Positions 10,281 to 20,052 of a stretch of DNA of 64,000 bases are shown in pieces (the first letter of the stretch is position 1; every line of letters begins with the position of its first letter). The notes below the pieces were generated by a model, which ran no database searches, was not told the DNA's origin, and worked only from the letters and a program-made list of their open reading frames with translations. Made by a program: the position numbers and the translations under genes. Origin of the DNA: an uncultured Thermotogae bacterium (lineage in GTDB: Bacteria > Bipolaricaulota > Bipolaricaulia > UBA7950 > UBA9294); the NCBI GenBank assembly GCA_964466035.1, contig CAYXLR010000003.1, positions 12,728-76,727 on the forward strand. Reading direction: 5' to 3'.

Positions 10281-11474
10281 ATGCTGTCTCGGAAAACCGG
10301 ACGATTCAGGAGGAACGGCCTCGCCCTCCTCGTCATCCTGACGCTGATCGGCCTCACGTTTCCGGTCCATGCGACGGAGCTCAACGTCGCGCTCTATCCG
10401 TACGTGCCCCGCCCGGACCAGTTCAAGACGGTCCTCTCCGCGTCATGGAATCGCATCCACCCCGACGTACCGCTGAACTTCGTGACGTGGGACTGCTACT
10501 CGGCCGACCCGCCGAGCTCACTCGACGTGTTTGTGTTCGACGCGATCTTCCTGTCGTCCTTCCAGGCCAGGGGGTACCTGGATCCGATCCAGAGGTGCGA
10601 AATCGACGGTGTCGACGACTACCTCAGCTTCGCACTGGAGGGATGCCGGCTCGGCCAAGCGTACGGGGCGATCCCGCAGCTGGCGTGCACGCACGTCCTC
10701 TTCTACCGCAAGGGAGACGACGAGATCGCACGCGCGGAGACGCTCAGCGGCTTGACGCGGGTCCTCGGAGAGCACACCTACACGGGGATAGTCCCTCCCG
10801 AGGGCGTCGGGTTGATGGTCAATCTCTCGGGGAAATCGACGGACGCGTGCCTGTACGTCGACGCGCTCGAGGACATCTACGGCGTGTACACGAGCGACCC
10901 ACCGCTCGCTCCGGACGCGTCCAAGATCTGCTCCTGGTCCATCCAGAACCTGCGGCAAGTCCTTCGCATGGCCAGCGTCACCAACGCGCAGTACTCCGAC
11001 AGCGACTCCTACATCCGGGGAGAGTGGTTCGGCGCCGGGTACGGACGCGCCCTGGTCGGGTTCACGGAATCGATCTCGGTGATGAGCGATCGCGGTCGGC
11101 AAACCGTCGCGTTCAAGCCGATGCCGCTGGCCGACCGGACGAACGTCTGCCTGTTCTACGCGGACGTGATCGGAATTCACCCCGCCACCCGCGACCGGGG
11201 AACGCGTTCGCTGGCGCTGGAGCTGGCCAACCTGATGGCCTCGACATCGGTCGTGGTCGATAGCATCGGGCCCAGAACCGGGGCGCCGTATCCCCAGTAT
11301 CTCCTCCCGACGCGCCACAGCGTGTTCCGGTCGCTCGAACTAGCGTTCCCGCTGTACGCGGAGATGTACGAGATGGTCAAAAGCGACGAAGCGGTCCTGT
11401 TCCGGCTCGGGGCGGACGGCAGAGCGTGGCTGCCGGCGATGAAGGCGGTCATCTACCGCTTGATCTTCGAGTGA
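10281..11474 (+). CDS. Secreted hypothetical protein (signal peptide; possible periplasmic-binding-protein-like/thiaminase-I-like fold)
   Basis: AGGAGG RBS 7 nt upstream of the ATG. Signal peptide ...LLVILTLIGLTFPVHA. Confidence 0.5.
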   Translation: MLSRKTGRFRRNGLALLVILTLIGLTFPVHATELNVALYPYVPRPDQFKTVLSASWNRIHPDVPLNFVTWDCYSADPPSSLDVFVFDAIFLSSFQARGYLDPIQRCEIDGVDDYLSFALEGCRLGQAYGAIPQLACTHVLFYRKGDDEIARAETLSGLTRVLGEHTYTGIVPPEGVGLMVNLSGKSTDACLYVDALEDIYGVYTSDPPLAPDASKICSWSIQNLRQVLRMASVTNAQYSDSDSYIRGEWFGAGYGRALVGFTESISVMSDRGRQTVAFKPMPLADRTNVCLFYADVIGIHPATRDRGTRSLALELANLMASTSVVVDSIGPRTGAPYPQYLLPTRHSVFRSLELAFPLYAEMYEMVKSDEAVLFRLGADGRAWLPAMKAVIYRLIFE

Positions 11475-11553
11475 GATCGACCGCGACGGCCGCGGCCTCC
11501 TCGCACGTCCGTTCGGAAAACGGGTCGGGAGTGCCGCCGTGCTTGTCCCCTTC

Positions 11554-13269
11554 TCACCGACGCAGCTTGCCGGCGGGGAGCGCGTTCAGGACGTCCGCCT
11601 TCGTCGCCCAGCCGCGGCGGGCGGTGAGGACGCCGAGCCGCAGGAAGTCGAAGTGCTCCGGGGTGTGGGCGTCGGTGCCGATCGCCAGCTTGACGCCGGC
11701 GGCGATCGCGCGGCGGACGAGGTCGGCGTTCAGGTCGAGCCGGACCGGGTTGGCGTTGATCTCCATCGCCGTCTTGTGATCGGCGGCGGCCTCGAAGACG
11801 GCGTCCCAATCGGCCTCGTACGCCGGGCGCTCGCCGATCTTCCGCCCGGTCGGATGGGCGAGGACGTCGACATGCTCGTGCTCGATCGCTCGGACGAGCC
11901 GCGCCGTCATCTCGGCGCGACCGAGTCGGAAGTGAGAGTGGACCGCGGCGGTCACGACGTCGAGCCGCGCGAGGAGCTCGTCGGGCACGTCGAGCGATCC
12001 GTCCTTCCGGACGTTTACTTCGACCCCGGCCAGCACGCGGAATCCCTTCAGCCCTCGGTTGAGCGCCGCGATCTCGTCGATCTGTCGGCGGAGGTCGTCC
12101 GGCGTCAGACCGCCGATCACCTCGGCGAACTTGGCGTGGTCGGTGATCGCGACGTACGACAGGCCGCGCGCCCGGGCCGCGTCGACCATCTCCTCCAGGG
12201 TCGCCTTCCCGTCCGATCGATCGGTGTGGACGTGCAGGTCGCCGCGGACGTCCACCGGCTCGATCAGCTCGGGCAGCGAGCCGGCCTCGGCGCGCTGGAT
12301 CTCCCCCTCGTCCTCGCGAAGCTCGGCCGGGACGAACTGAAGCCCGAGCCGCGCGTAGATCTCGGCCTCCTCCGGCCCGGCGAGCACGCGATCGTTCACC
12401 CCGAACAACCCGTACTCGCTCAGCTTCCAGCCCCTCGCCACGGCCCGCTTCCGAAGCGCGATGTTGTGCGCCTTCGATCCGGTGAAGTACTGAAGCGCGG
12501 CGCCGAACGACTCGGGCGGGACGATCCGCAGGTCGACCTGGACGCCGACGACGAGGCGGACCGACGACTTCTTCGCCCCGCGCGCGAGGACCTCTTCGAC
12601 GTCGGCCAGCCCGACGAACGCCTCGGCCGCCTTCGGCGCTTCCTCCGGCTTCTCCGTCACGGCGAGGAGATCGAGGTCGCCGATCGTCTCCCGGCCGCGC
12701 CGGAGGGAGCCGGCGGCTTCGATCCGGGCGAACAGGCCCGTCTTCGAAAGTCGCTCGATCAGGTCGTCCGCGAGGTCGGACGCCCGCCCGAGGAGGATCC
12801 GCCCCTCGACCTGCCTCGTCTCGCCGAGCCCCCGGAGGATCTTCTCCTCCGTCTTCGCGCCGAGCCCCTTCACGTCGCGGATCTTCCCCGCCCGCGCCGC
12901 CCGCTCGAGGTCGGCCAGATCGCGGACGCCGAGCTCGTCGTAGAGGAGCTTCGCCGTCTTCGGGCCGACGCCGTCGACCTGCGTCAGCGCGAACAGGTCG
13001 ATCGGCAGCTTCGCCTTCAGGTCGTCGTGGTACTTCAAGCGGCCGGTCTCGACGATCTCAGCGATCTTCTTCGCGATCGCATCGCCGACCCCGGGAAGAT
13101 TCCTGTGCGTCCCCGACGCGACGAGGACCTCGATCGGCTCGCCGAGCGTTTCGACCGCCTGCGCCGCCCGTCGGTACGCCTGCGGCTTGAACGCGACGCC
13201 GTCGAGCGCGAGCAGATCGGCGATCTCGTACAGGATCCGCGCCACGAAGTCGTTCTTCATCGAATCCAC
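11554..13269 (-). CDS. polX: DNA polymerase/3'-5' exonuclease PolX (Pol beta-like domain plus PHP phosphoesterase domain)
   Basis: N-terminal HhH Pol-X domain (GVGPKTAKLL, GSLRRGRETIGDLDLL nucleotidyltransferase motif) and C-terminal PHP domain (DLHVHTDRSDG ... HAKFAE...). 571 aa. Confidence 0.85.
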   Translation of the reverse strand: MDSMKNDFVARILYEIADLLALDGVAFKPQAYRRAAQAVETLGEPIEVLVASGTHRNLPGVGDAIAKKIAEIVETGRLKYHDDLKAKLPIDLFALTQVDGVGPKTAKLLYDELGVRDLADLERAARAGKIRDVKGLGAKTEEKILRGLGETRQVEGRILLGRASDLADDLIERLSKTGLFARIEAAGSLRRGRETIGDLDLLAVTEKPEEAPKAAEAFVGLADVEEVLARGAKKSSVRLVVGVQVDLRIVPPESFGAALQYFTGSKAHNIALRKRAVARGWKLSEYGLFGVNDRVLAGPEEAEIYARLGLQFVPAELREDEGEIQRAEAGSLPELIEPVDVRGDLHVHTDRSDGKATLEEMVDAARARGLSYVAITDHAKFAEVIGGLTPDDLRRQIDEIAALNRGLKGFRVLAGVEVNVRKDGSLDVPDELLARLDVVTAAVHSHFRLGRAEMTARLVRAIEHEHVDVLAHPTGRKIGERPAYEADWDAVFEAAADHKTAMEINANPVRLDLNADLVRRAIAAGVKLAIGTDAHTPEHFDFLRLGVLTARRGWATKADVLNALPAGKLRR

Positions 13270-13287
13270 CTTCCTCCGTTCGGCGGC

Positions 13288-13893
13288 TCAAGCCACGTTG
13301 TCAGCGGACCGCGTCCGATCGATCCGCCTCGGCCCCAGGGCCGACCGGATCCGCGGCATCAGGGCGGGATGGTACTCGGCGAAGCCACACAACACGTCGG
13401 GCCCGAACCGATCGACCCCCAGGACCGCCCTCTCCACGAGGTCGGAGTCGTCCGCGGGAATCCCGTCGATCCGCTCCGGGTACCTCACCAACGCGAGCTC
13501 ACCGGACCGCGAGAGGGCCTCCAGGTATTCGCACGCGTCCTCGACGCGGATCTCGGACAACGGACGTACGACCCGCCCGCTGACGTACTCCTCGTCCCAG
13601 GGCGTGCGTCCGGCGAGGAACCCGTCTCCGTCCAGCACGTAGATCGAACCGGCCGCGCCGGCGTAGCGCCGCTCGAACGCCCCCTCGAACCGCTCGCAGA
13701 GGTACGGGCGACCGGTCCGTCGATCCCGCCCGACGGCGCACGTGAGGTCCCCGCCGGTCGTCGACAGAAAACAGGCAGCGAGGATCGGATCGCCGACCGC
13801 GTACACCCACGTGCCGTGGGTGCTCTGGCCGGGGACCAACTCCCTGCGTCCCCGCACGGCCGACGCATGGTACAGCCGGTCCGGCACGTCCAT
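13288..13893 (-). CDS. Hypothetical protein
   Basis: 201-aa ORF with a coding-like composition, co-directional with and 18 nt downstream of polX. No motif recognised. Confidence 0.4.
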   Translation of the reverse strand: MDVPDRLYHASAVRGRRELVPGQSTHGTWVYAVGDPILAACFLSTTGGDLTCAVGRDRRTGRPYLCERFEGAFERRYAGAAGSIYVLDGDGFLAGRTPWDEEYVSGRVVRPLSEIRVEDACEYLEALSRSGELALVRYPERIDGIPADDSDLVERAVLGVDRFGPDVLCGFAEYHPALMPRIRSALGPRRIDRTRSADNVA

Positions 13894-13903
13894 CCTTCGC
13901 CTC

Positions 13904-15178
13904 CTACAGCGGCCGCTCCAGGAACTCGACCGTCGGTCCGTAGCCGAGGCACCGCCACGCGGATCGCGCCGCGTCGTTTCCCGCTCCCACCCGCAGTTCC
14001 ACGACGTGACATCCGATGTCCCTCAGATGCGCCGACGCGTCCGCCTCGAGTTCCCGGAGGATCCCGCGCCGCCGGAACTCCGGCTCGACGAACGCGAGTT
14101 CGATCGATCCGCGACCCGGCGCCGCCTGCGAAACGACGATCATCCCCACCACGCGTTCGCCGGCCGCGGCGACGAACGCCTTTCGATCCGGATCCTCGAG
14201 GAACTCGTCGACCCGCGTCGACAGGCGGGCCGCTGAAGTCGTCGAACCGGACAGCTCCTCGTCGTGCATCCCGAGCAGTGCCGCGAGCTCGCGATGGTCC
14301 GGTCCGGCGGCGGGGCGAATCTCCACTTCGAAATCCTGCGGTTCGTACTCGGAGAACCGCTCCTCGATCCATCCGACCGCGTACTCCGTCAGCCCGGCCG
14401 CGTCGAGCAAGTAGCTCAGCGCTGCGCCGACGTGCCCGACCCGGCCGCGGCCCTCTTGAAGGTAGTCGCGAACGATCGCTTCGAACATGTCGGTCGGCCC
14501 GTGCCACGGAAGGCAGCCCTCTCCGCCTGTGTCGAACTCCTCGATCTCGACCCACGTCTTCTCGCCGTCCCGGAGGATCGGCGCCCAGTACCGGACGATC
14601 CCCTTGTTCGGAACCTCGGCGAGGTGCTCGGCGTGATGAAGGAGGGTGACGTTCGACAACGGCGAGCCGAGGAGCGCGACCTTCCCCCTTGCCTCGCAGA
14701 GCTTCGCCAGCGGAGAGCCCGGCCCCATCCCGTATTGCAACGGATGATCGCGGGTCAACTCGTCGGACTTCGCGCCGACGGCCGCGAACGAGCCGTCCGG
14801 ATGCGCGCTTCGCCTCGCACCGGGGCAGGTCCGCAGGTACTCCGCGAGCACGCCCCAGTCGCGGACGGCCCGCGACGTCTCCGGATCGTAGGCGGGCCAC
14901 GCTTCCGCCAGCGCCGACGGGAGCGCCGGAGCCCCGATCGTGACGTCGTACGGCGACCCGTCCCACCCGACGTACATCAGAAGCGTTCCCGCCTCGCCGA
15001 CGACGTCGAGTACCGCCGCCAGGACGCGATCCGGACTCCCGACGATCCAGCCGATCGCGCCGACCGCCGCGTGGAGCATCACGGTATCGCCGGGCGCGAC
15101 GCCCAACTCCGCCAGATCGGCGGCGATCCGCTCCCGCGTGACGAGCCCCGGTGCGCGCCGTCTCGAGCATCCGGCCAT
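13904..15178 (-). CDS. Aminoglycoside 3-N-acetyltransferase (AAC(3) family) domain fused to a C-terminal GNAT domain
   Basis: The N-terminal 270 aa match the AAC(3) fold (LAELGVAPGDTVMLHAAVGAIGW, GKVALLGSPLSNVTLLHHAE). The C-terminal 120 aa form a GNAT domain (RRRGILREL). Confidence 0.6.
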   Translation of the reverse strand: MAGCSRRRAPGLVTRERIAADLAELGVAPGDTVMLHAAVGAIGWIVGSPDRVLAAVLDVVGEAGTLLMYVGWDGSPYDVTIGAPALPSALAEAWPAYDPETSRAVRDWGVLAEYLRTCPGARRSAHPDGSFAAVGAKSDELTRDHPLQYGMGPGSPLAKLCEARGKVALLGSPLSNVTLLHHAEHLAEVPNKGIVRYWAPILRDGEKTWVEIEEFDTGGEGCLPWHGPTDMFEAIVRDYLQEGRGRVGHVGAALSYLLDAAGLTEYAVGWIEERFSEYEPQDFEVEIRPAAGPDHRELAALLGMHDEELSGSTTSAARLSTRVDEFLEDPDRKAFVAAAGERVVGMIVVSQAAPGRGSIELAFVEPEFRRRGILRELEADASAHLRDIGCHVVELRVGAGNDAARSAWRCLGYGPTVEFLERPL

Positions 15179-15185
15179 GTCGCGT

Positions 15186-15386
15186 TCAGCCTCCGTGGAT
15201 CTCGGCGAACCGACGGAACGAGCGGTCGTACGAGCGCTCGACCTCCGGCGGGAAGCAACAGCCGGGCAGCTCTTGGCACGCGAGGTGGTACCGCAAGCAG
15301 TCGCAGCAGGCCCCCTTCCGCGGACAGCCCGGATAGGTGCACGGGCAGTCTTCGAGGTTCGACTCCCTGTTGGTGCAGTTCGGCAT
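15186..15386 (-). CDS. Cysteine-rich small protein (66 aa, 15 Cys)
   Basis: MPNCTNRESNLEDCPCTYPGCPRKGACCDCLRYHLACQELPGCCFPPEVE... Start at the internal M. Confidence 0.4.
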   Translation of the reverse strand: MPNCTNRESNLEDCPCTYPGCPRKGACCDCLRYHLACQELPGCCFPPEVERSYDRSFRRFAEIHGG

Positions 15387-15456
15387 TGCGTCTCCTCCTT
15401 CGTCCCATGGTACAGGATTTGCGCCGAGCGGAAGCTCCCTTACCATCTGGTGCACC

Positions 15457-16104
15457 ATGGCATGGAAGACCCGCTACGGTTCTCTCGCCGTCCGCTTCTA
15501 TCGGGCGTTGATCGATCCGCTGTTGTGGCCGCTTCGACCGAAGATCGTTCGGACCTGCCGGGAACTCGGCGCTCGCGAGGTCCTCGACATCGCCTCGGCG
15601 ACCGGGGCGCAGTGCCGCGCCCTCGGTCGGGCCGGAATCCGGGCGACCGGCGTCGACCTGGCCGAGGCGATGATCGCGACCGCCGAGCGACGTAGGGACG
15701 CGAACACCGACTACGTCCTCGGCTCGGCGTACGAGCTGCCGTTCCCGGATGGCTCGTTCGACGCGAGCCTGCTGATTCTCGCGCTGCACGAGCACACGGA
15801 AGACGAACGGTCGCTCATGGTGCGCGAGGCGCTTCGGGTCCTCCGACCGGACGGCGCCCTCGTCCTCACCGAATACACCGAGCCGCCGCGTCCGGCGACC
15901 CACGTCCCGTGGCAGGTCATCCGATGGATCGAGAGCACCGCGGGCCAGGAGCACAGCGCCGGGTTCCGCGACTTCGTCGCCCGCGGCGGCCTCGACGGAT
16001 TCCTCGAGCGGCGCGGCCTCGCCGTGCTTCGGCGGGCGCGGTCCCACTTCGGGACGATGGGGATCGCGGTGGTCGGTGCCGTGGCTCGTGTTCCGTCGCG
16101 CTAG
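15457..16104 (+). CDS. Class I SAM-dependent methyltransferase
   Basis: Motif I VLDIASATGAQ with a downstream acidic loop. Start at MAWKTRYG. Confidence 0.6.
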   Translation: MAWKTRYGSLAVRFYRALIDPLLWPLRPKIVRTCRELGAREVLDIASATGAQCRALGRAGIRATGVDLAEAMIATAERRRDANTDYVLGSAYELPFPDGSFDASLLILALHEHTEDERSLMVREALRVLRPDGALVLTEYTEPPRPATHVPWQVIRWIESTAGQEHSAGFRDFVARGGLDGFLERRGLAVLRRARSHFGTMGIAVVGAVARVPSR

Positions 16105-16399
16105 CTTTCGAGGAGCCGTCTCGCCTGCTCAATCTGTCGGGCGACGGCTCTGCGATGGCCGGCTCGGTGGCTTGCGACACGAGGTCGGATCTCCGAGGGC
16201 AACCCCACGACATCGACGGATACGCGCTCCCGCTAACGGGGATGTAACGATCCGCTGACGCGATCCTTATCGCCACGGTGAGGCGTCGCTGCCAAGATCA
16301 ACGGGTGAACTTCCAGCGAGGAGGAACCCCGATGAGCCGATCTGGACATCACGTGCCCGACCGCGGTACGGAGACGGCCCGACACCGAGGAGACGGATC

Positions 16400-17404
16400 G
16401 TGCTGACCTACGTCGCCAAGCGGGTCCTGTTCTCCGGTTTCGTCTTCGCGGCGATCGCCTTCGTCTCCTTCGGCGTTATCTGCATGTACCCCGGCGATTT
16501 CTACACACCGCTTGACTGGGCGGTCCGGGTGTTCGGGCTGGATCCCGAGCTCCCGGCAATCCTCCGCGCGGAGAAGGCACTCGACAAACCGTTCTTCGTC
16601 CAGTTCTGGATCTGGTTCGAGGGCGTCGTCACCCGGGGAGACTTTGGGATTTCGTTCCGGACCAACGGACCGGTCGGTCCGTTTCTCTTCCGACCGGGCG
16701 GCCCGGCCGAGGTGAGTCTGATCGTGTCCGTCACGTCGATGGCCGTTGCCTGGATGCTGGGGATTCCGGTCGGCGTTCTGTCCTCGCGCTTCCGTGGCCG
16801 GCGAGCCAACGTCGTGTTCGGCCTCCTGACGTACCCCGCTCTGTCGGTCCCGACCTACATCACCGGGATCCTCATCCACTGGTTCATCTACAAGTTCATC
16901 GATCCGCTGATGGTCGGCTCGGGGCTGTGGGGGATGTGCGGTTGGCGGTTCGTCGGCGCGCCGATGTCGCTCGCGAAGTTCGGCAGCTGCATCCTGCACC
17001 TTCTGCCGATCTGGATCATCGTCGGCACGCCGATCTTCGTCACGGTCGTTCGAATCACGCGGATGAGCATGGAGGACGTCATGTCGTCGCCGTACATCAC
17101 GGTGGCTCGGGCGAAGGGCGGTTCGGAGCTTCGCGTCATCTTTCGCCATGGGCTCCGAAACGCACTCAACCCGCTGATCAGCTCTTTCGGCGTCATGCTC
17201 CCGATGGTGCTGATGAATTCGATCATCGTCGCCGCGCTGTTCGACATCCCGTCGTTCGCGCAGATTCTGCTCCAGTGGGTGAGCTACCAGGACCAGCACG
17301 TGGTGACGGCCGCGCTGCTGTTCTACGGGACGTTCCTGATCGTCGGGAACCTGATCGCCGATGTCGCCCTCGCGGTCTCCGATCCGCGCATCCGCATCAG
17401 CTGA
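16400..17404 (+). CDS. ABC transporter permease (DppB/OppB family), orphan
   Basis: Six-TM BPD_transp_1 permease with an EAA-like loop (SPYITVARAKGGSELRVIFRHGLRNAL). GTG start. No ATPase or substrate-binding partner is adjacent. Confidence 0.7.
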   Translation: MLTYVAKRVLFSGFVFAAIAFVSFGVICMYPGDFYTPLDWAVRVFGLDPELPAILRAEKALDKPFFVQFWIWFEGVVTRGDFGISFRTNGPVGPFLFRPGGPAEVSLIVSVTSMAVAWMLGIPVGVLSSRFRGRRANVVFGLLTYPALSVPTYITGILIHWFIYKFIDPLMVGSGLWGMCGWRFVGAPMSLAKFGSCILHLLPIWIIVGTPIFVTVVRITRMSMEDVMSSPYITVARAKGGSELRVIFRHGLRNALNPLISSFGVMLPMVLMNSIIVAALFDIPSFAQILLQWVSYQDQHVVTAALLFYGTFLIVGNLIADVALAVSDPRIRIS

Positions 17405-17507
17405 GCGGAGCGACGGATCGATCGGACCCGTCACAACAGCGAGGGAAGCGTTCGTTCCGGTTCATCGCTTGTTCCGCGATCCGCCGTTCAGTACCGTAAA
17501 CAATGAC

Positions 17508-18470
17508 ATGGCGACGATCTGGTTTCGTCGAACCGTCGCTGTCGGAGGGATCGCGGCGGCGACACTCGTCCTTGCGACGGCGTACGCCGCGGTCCGGATC
17601 CACCATGCGTACCAGAACTGGACCGAGACCGCGACCGCCGACGCGTACGTGTCGACGTTGGCGTTCGCCGAGGCCGCAGAATCGTGGCTCCAGCGTCACC
17701 AGCAGGATACGCTTCGCCGCGTCGTCGATGTCATGGTGTCCGGTCCATACCGCTACATTCAGCTGGTCGTCGAAGGCGACGCTGTCCTCGCCGCCGGCGA
17801 GGACGGTACACTCCAAAGCGATCTCGCATCTTCGAGTCCCGGCACGCAGCACGAGGTCCGAACGTCCCTGGAGAGGCGCGAATCCCGATGGGTGCTCGAC
17901 GTGCGGGTCCCCTTCGCGTCGCTCGAAGGCTACGTCCGGGCCACGCAAGACGTCACGGCCTCCCGGGCGGCGATGATCGGCGAAGGGCTCCGAACCGCGG
18001 CCGTCTCCTTCGGGGGATGGTCGCTGCTCAGCGCGCTGTTGTGGGCTCTGGGGAGACGGATCGAGCGCCGGCGTGGAGAACAGGCGGTCGAGCCTGCGGT
18101 GTCTTCGGAGCTAAGGATCGATGCTCGGACAAAGTCCGCGTATCTGGGTGGAAGGCACGTGAGGCTCTCGCCGAAGCAGTTCTCCCTTCTGGCGCTGCTC
18201 TCGTCAGAGGCGGGAAGGGTCTTCTCCGACGACGACATCCTGCCGGCTCTCTGGCCCGAGTCCCCCTACGCGGACTCCAACGACATCCGCCAGTGCGTCT
18301 ACCAGCTCCGACGGCGGTTGGAGGCGGCCCAGCCGGGTGGAGCCCTCCACGTCCACAACGAGAAGGGATTCGGCTACAGCTTCCTGCCGAATCCTCCGGG
18401 CGACATGCCGCGGCCCCAGCGGCCGCTCCCAGGAAAGGAGGAGAGACACGATGCGCTCGACGCTCCGTAG
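17508..18470 (+). CDS. Membrane-anchored transcriptional regulator with a C-terminal OmpR/PhoB-type winged-helix DNA-binding domain
   Basis: N-terminal TM helix (VAVGGIAAATLVLATAYAAV), a periplasmic-like region of about 150 aa, a second hydrophobic segment, and a C-terminal trans_reg_C signature (RLSPKQFSLLALL...VFSDDDIL...IRQCVYQLRRRLE). Confidence 0.5.
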   Translation: MATIWFRRTVAVGGIAAATLVLATAYAAVRIHHAYQNWTETATADAYVSTLAFAEAAESWLQRHQQDTLRRVVDVMVSGPYRYIQLVVEGDAVLAAGEDGTLQSDLASSSPGTQHEVRTSLERRESRWVLDVRVPFASLEGYVRATQDVTASRAAMIGEGLRTAAVSFGGWSLLSALLWALGRRIERRRGEQAVEPAVSSELRIDARTKSAYLGGRHVRLSPKQFSLLALLSSEAGRVFSDDDILPALWPESPYADSNDIRQCVYQLRRRLEAAQPGGALHVHNEKGFGYSFLPNPPGDMPRPQRPLPGKEERHDALDAP

Positions 18471-19917
18471 TCTCAGACAGCTGCTCCCTACCCGAGCGCT
18501 TCTCCTGGTCGGATTCGTCACGGTTCTCTCCCTTCAAGGAGCGGGAGCTGCCGACGGTCCGTTCCTCGTTCAGCTTCAGGATCTGATCGACACGGTCGAA
18601 CTCGCGATGTACTACGCGAAGGCCGCTCTGCTCGCCGCCGATCCGCAAGGATTCGATACCTACTTCGACGAGATGATGGAGGCCCTGAGCCCTGCCGGTG
18701 ACCCGTCCCAAGGGGGAGCTGCGCTCGAAGACCGCGCAGCGGAGCTGCTCCTATCGGCCGAGGCCGTTCCCATGAACAGGCAGGACCGGGCGGAAGCGAC
18801 GGCCGCGCTGGAAAGCATCTCCGCCTTCGCCCAACTGATCCAGGTGGAGTTGGAGAACCTCCGATCCGCTCCGTCAGGAAGCGGAGCGGAACGCGTTCGC
18901 GCCGTCCGGAGGATCGTCGCGTACTTATCCGCCGCGCGAGGAGGAACCCCTCTTGCCCCTCCCGGACTGGTCGACGTCCGAGCGCTGCTCCCGAACGCGG
19001 AGCGAACAGCGCGACCCGCCGACTCACTGCAGGAGCACGTCGACCTCCTTCTTCCCGGGGGAATCCTCTATCTGGAACCGGGCACCTACGAGCTCCCGGA
19101 CGGACTGGTGATCGAAAAGTCGATCACCCTCCAGCCCGTCTCCAGATCATCGGATCCCGTGTTCATCGGCCTGCGCGGAGGGGGCGAGGACGCGGTCCTG
19201 TCCATCAGCGCGCCCACAAGCCAGCCGATCCGTATCAGCATTCGGGGGTTGACCGTCCGTGGCGGCCGAGACGGGATCTCGGTCGGCCAAGTGGCCGGCG
19301 TCGTCTCCTCGGGAGCGGTCGACGTCCGACTTGAAGACGTCTCGGTGCTCGAATGTGCCCGGTCCGGCGTTCGACTCGGCTCCGGGGAACTCCAGTTGAT
19401 CAATTGTCGTCTGGAAGGAAACCACGAGTACGGTCTGGTCGTCCCATGGACCGGAACGGCGCGACTCACGGCTTGCACGATCTCCGGCAACGGGACCGGC
19501 GAGATCCGCGCGCTCGGCTACCAGCCAACCGGTGGGATCCACGTGACCGGAAACGGGTCCATCGACCTCCGCTCGTGTACGGTCATGGACAACATCGGTC
19601 CCGGCCTCTGGGCGGCCGATGCGGCGACCGTCAGCGCGCACTCGACGCACATACACGGCAACACCGGAGACGGAATCCTGGTGTGGGACAGGGCGACCGT
19701 GACGGTACGAGACTGCACCCTCACAGCCAATCAGGGTTTCGGGATCCTGCTCCTCGGCGAAGACTGCCCGTCGCAGAGCGATGCCGCGGCACTTCATCGC
19801 TTCGAAGGGGAGATTCAAGGCTCGGGGAACAGGATCCCCGCCAGCTCGGCGGAGGACGGGAATCAGCGCGGAGCTGTGTGTCCCTCGGCGTACGGGTTCC
19901 TGGCCGAAGACGAATAG
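18451..19917 (+). CDS. Secreted right-handed parallel beta-helix repeat protein (pectate-lyase/NosD-like fold)
   Basis: GGAGGAGAG RBS. Signal peptide (LLLVGFVTVLSLQGAGA). Repeated ...G.G..V.....V.L....N...G. beta-helix rungs. Overlaps the regulator gene by 20 nt. Confidence 0.55.
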   Translation: MRSTLRSLRQLLPTRALLLVGFVTVLSLQGAGAADGPFLVQLQDLIDTVELAMYYAKAALLAADPQGFDTYFDEMMEALSPAGDPSQGGAALEDRAAELLLSAEAVPMNRQDRAEATAALESISAFAQLIQVELENLRSAPSGSGAERVRAVRRIVAYLSAARGGTPLAPPGLVDVRALLPNAERTARPADSLQEHVDLLLPGGILYLEPGTYELPDGLVIEKSITLQPVSRSSDPVFIGLRGGGEDAVLSISAPTSQPIRISIRGLTVRGGRDGISVGQVAGVVSSGAVDVRLEDVSVLECARSGVRLGSGELQLINCRLEGNHEYGLVVPWTGTARLTACTISGNGTGEIRALGYQPTGGIHVTGNGSIDLRSCTVMDNIGPGLWAADAATVSAHSTHIHGNTGDGILVWDRATVTVRDCTLTANQGFGILLLGEDCPSQSDAAALHRFEGEIQGSGNRIPASSAEDGNQRGAVCPSAYGFLAEDE

Positions 19918-20052
19918 ATGTGACGGTGACTACCCCGCCCGGGGCTTCCCATCTATACAGGGAGACCCCGTGCGCGAGCTTGACTTCGGTGCGTCTCTCA
20001 TGATAGACCGGGGGGGAAAGCGAGATTCAAACAACGTTTAAGGAGGCGGGGC

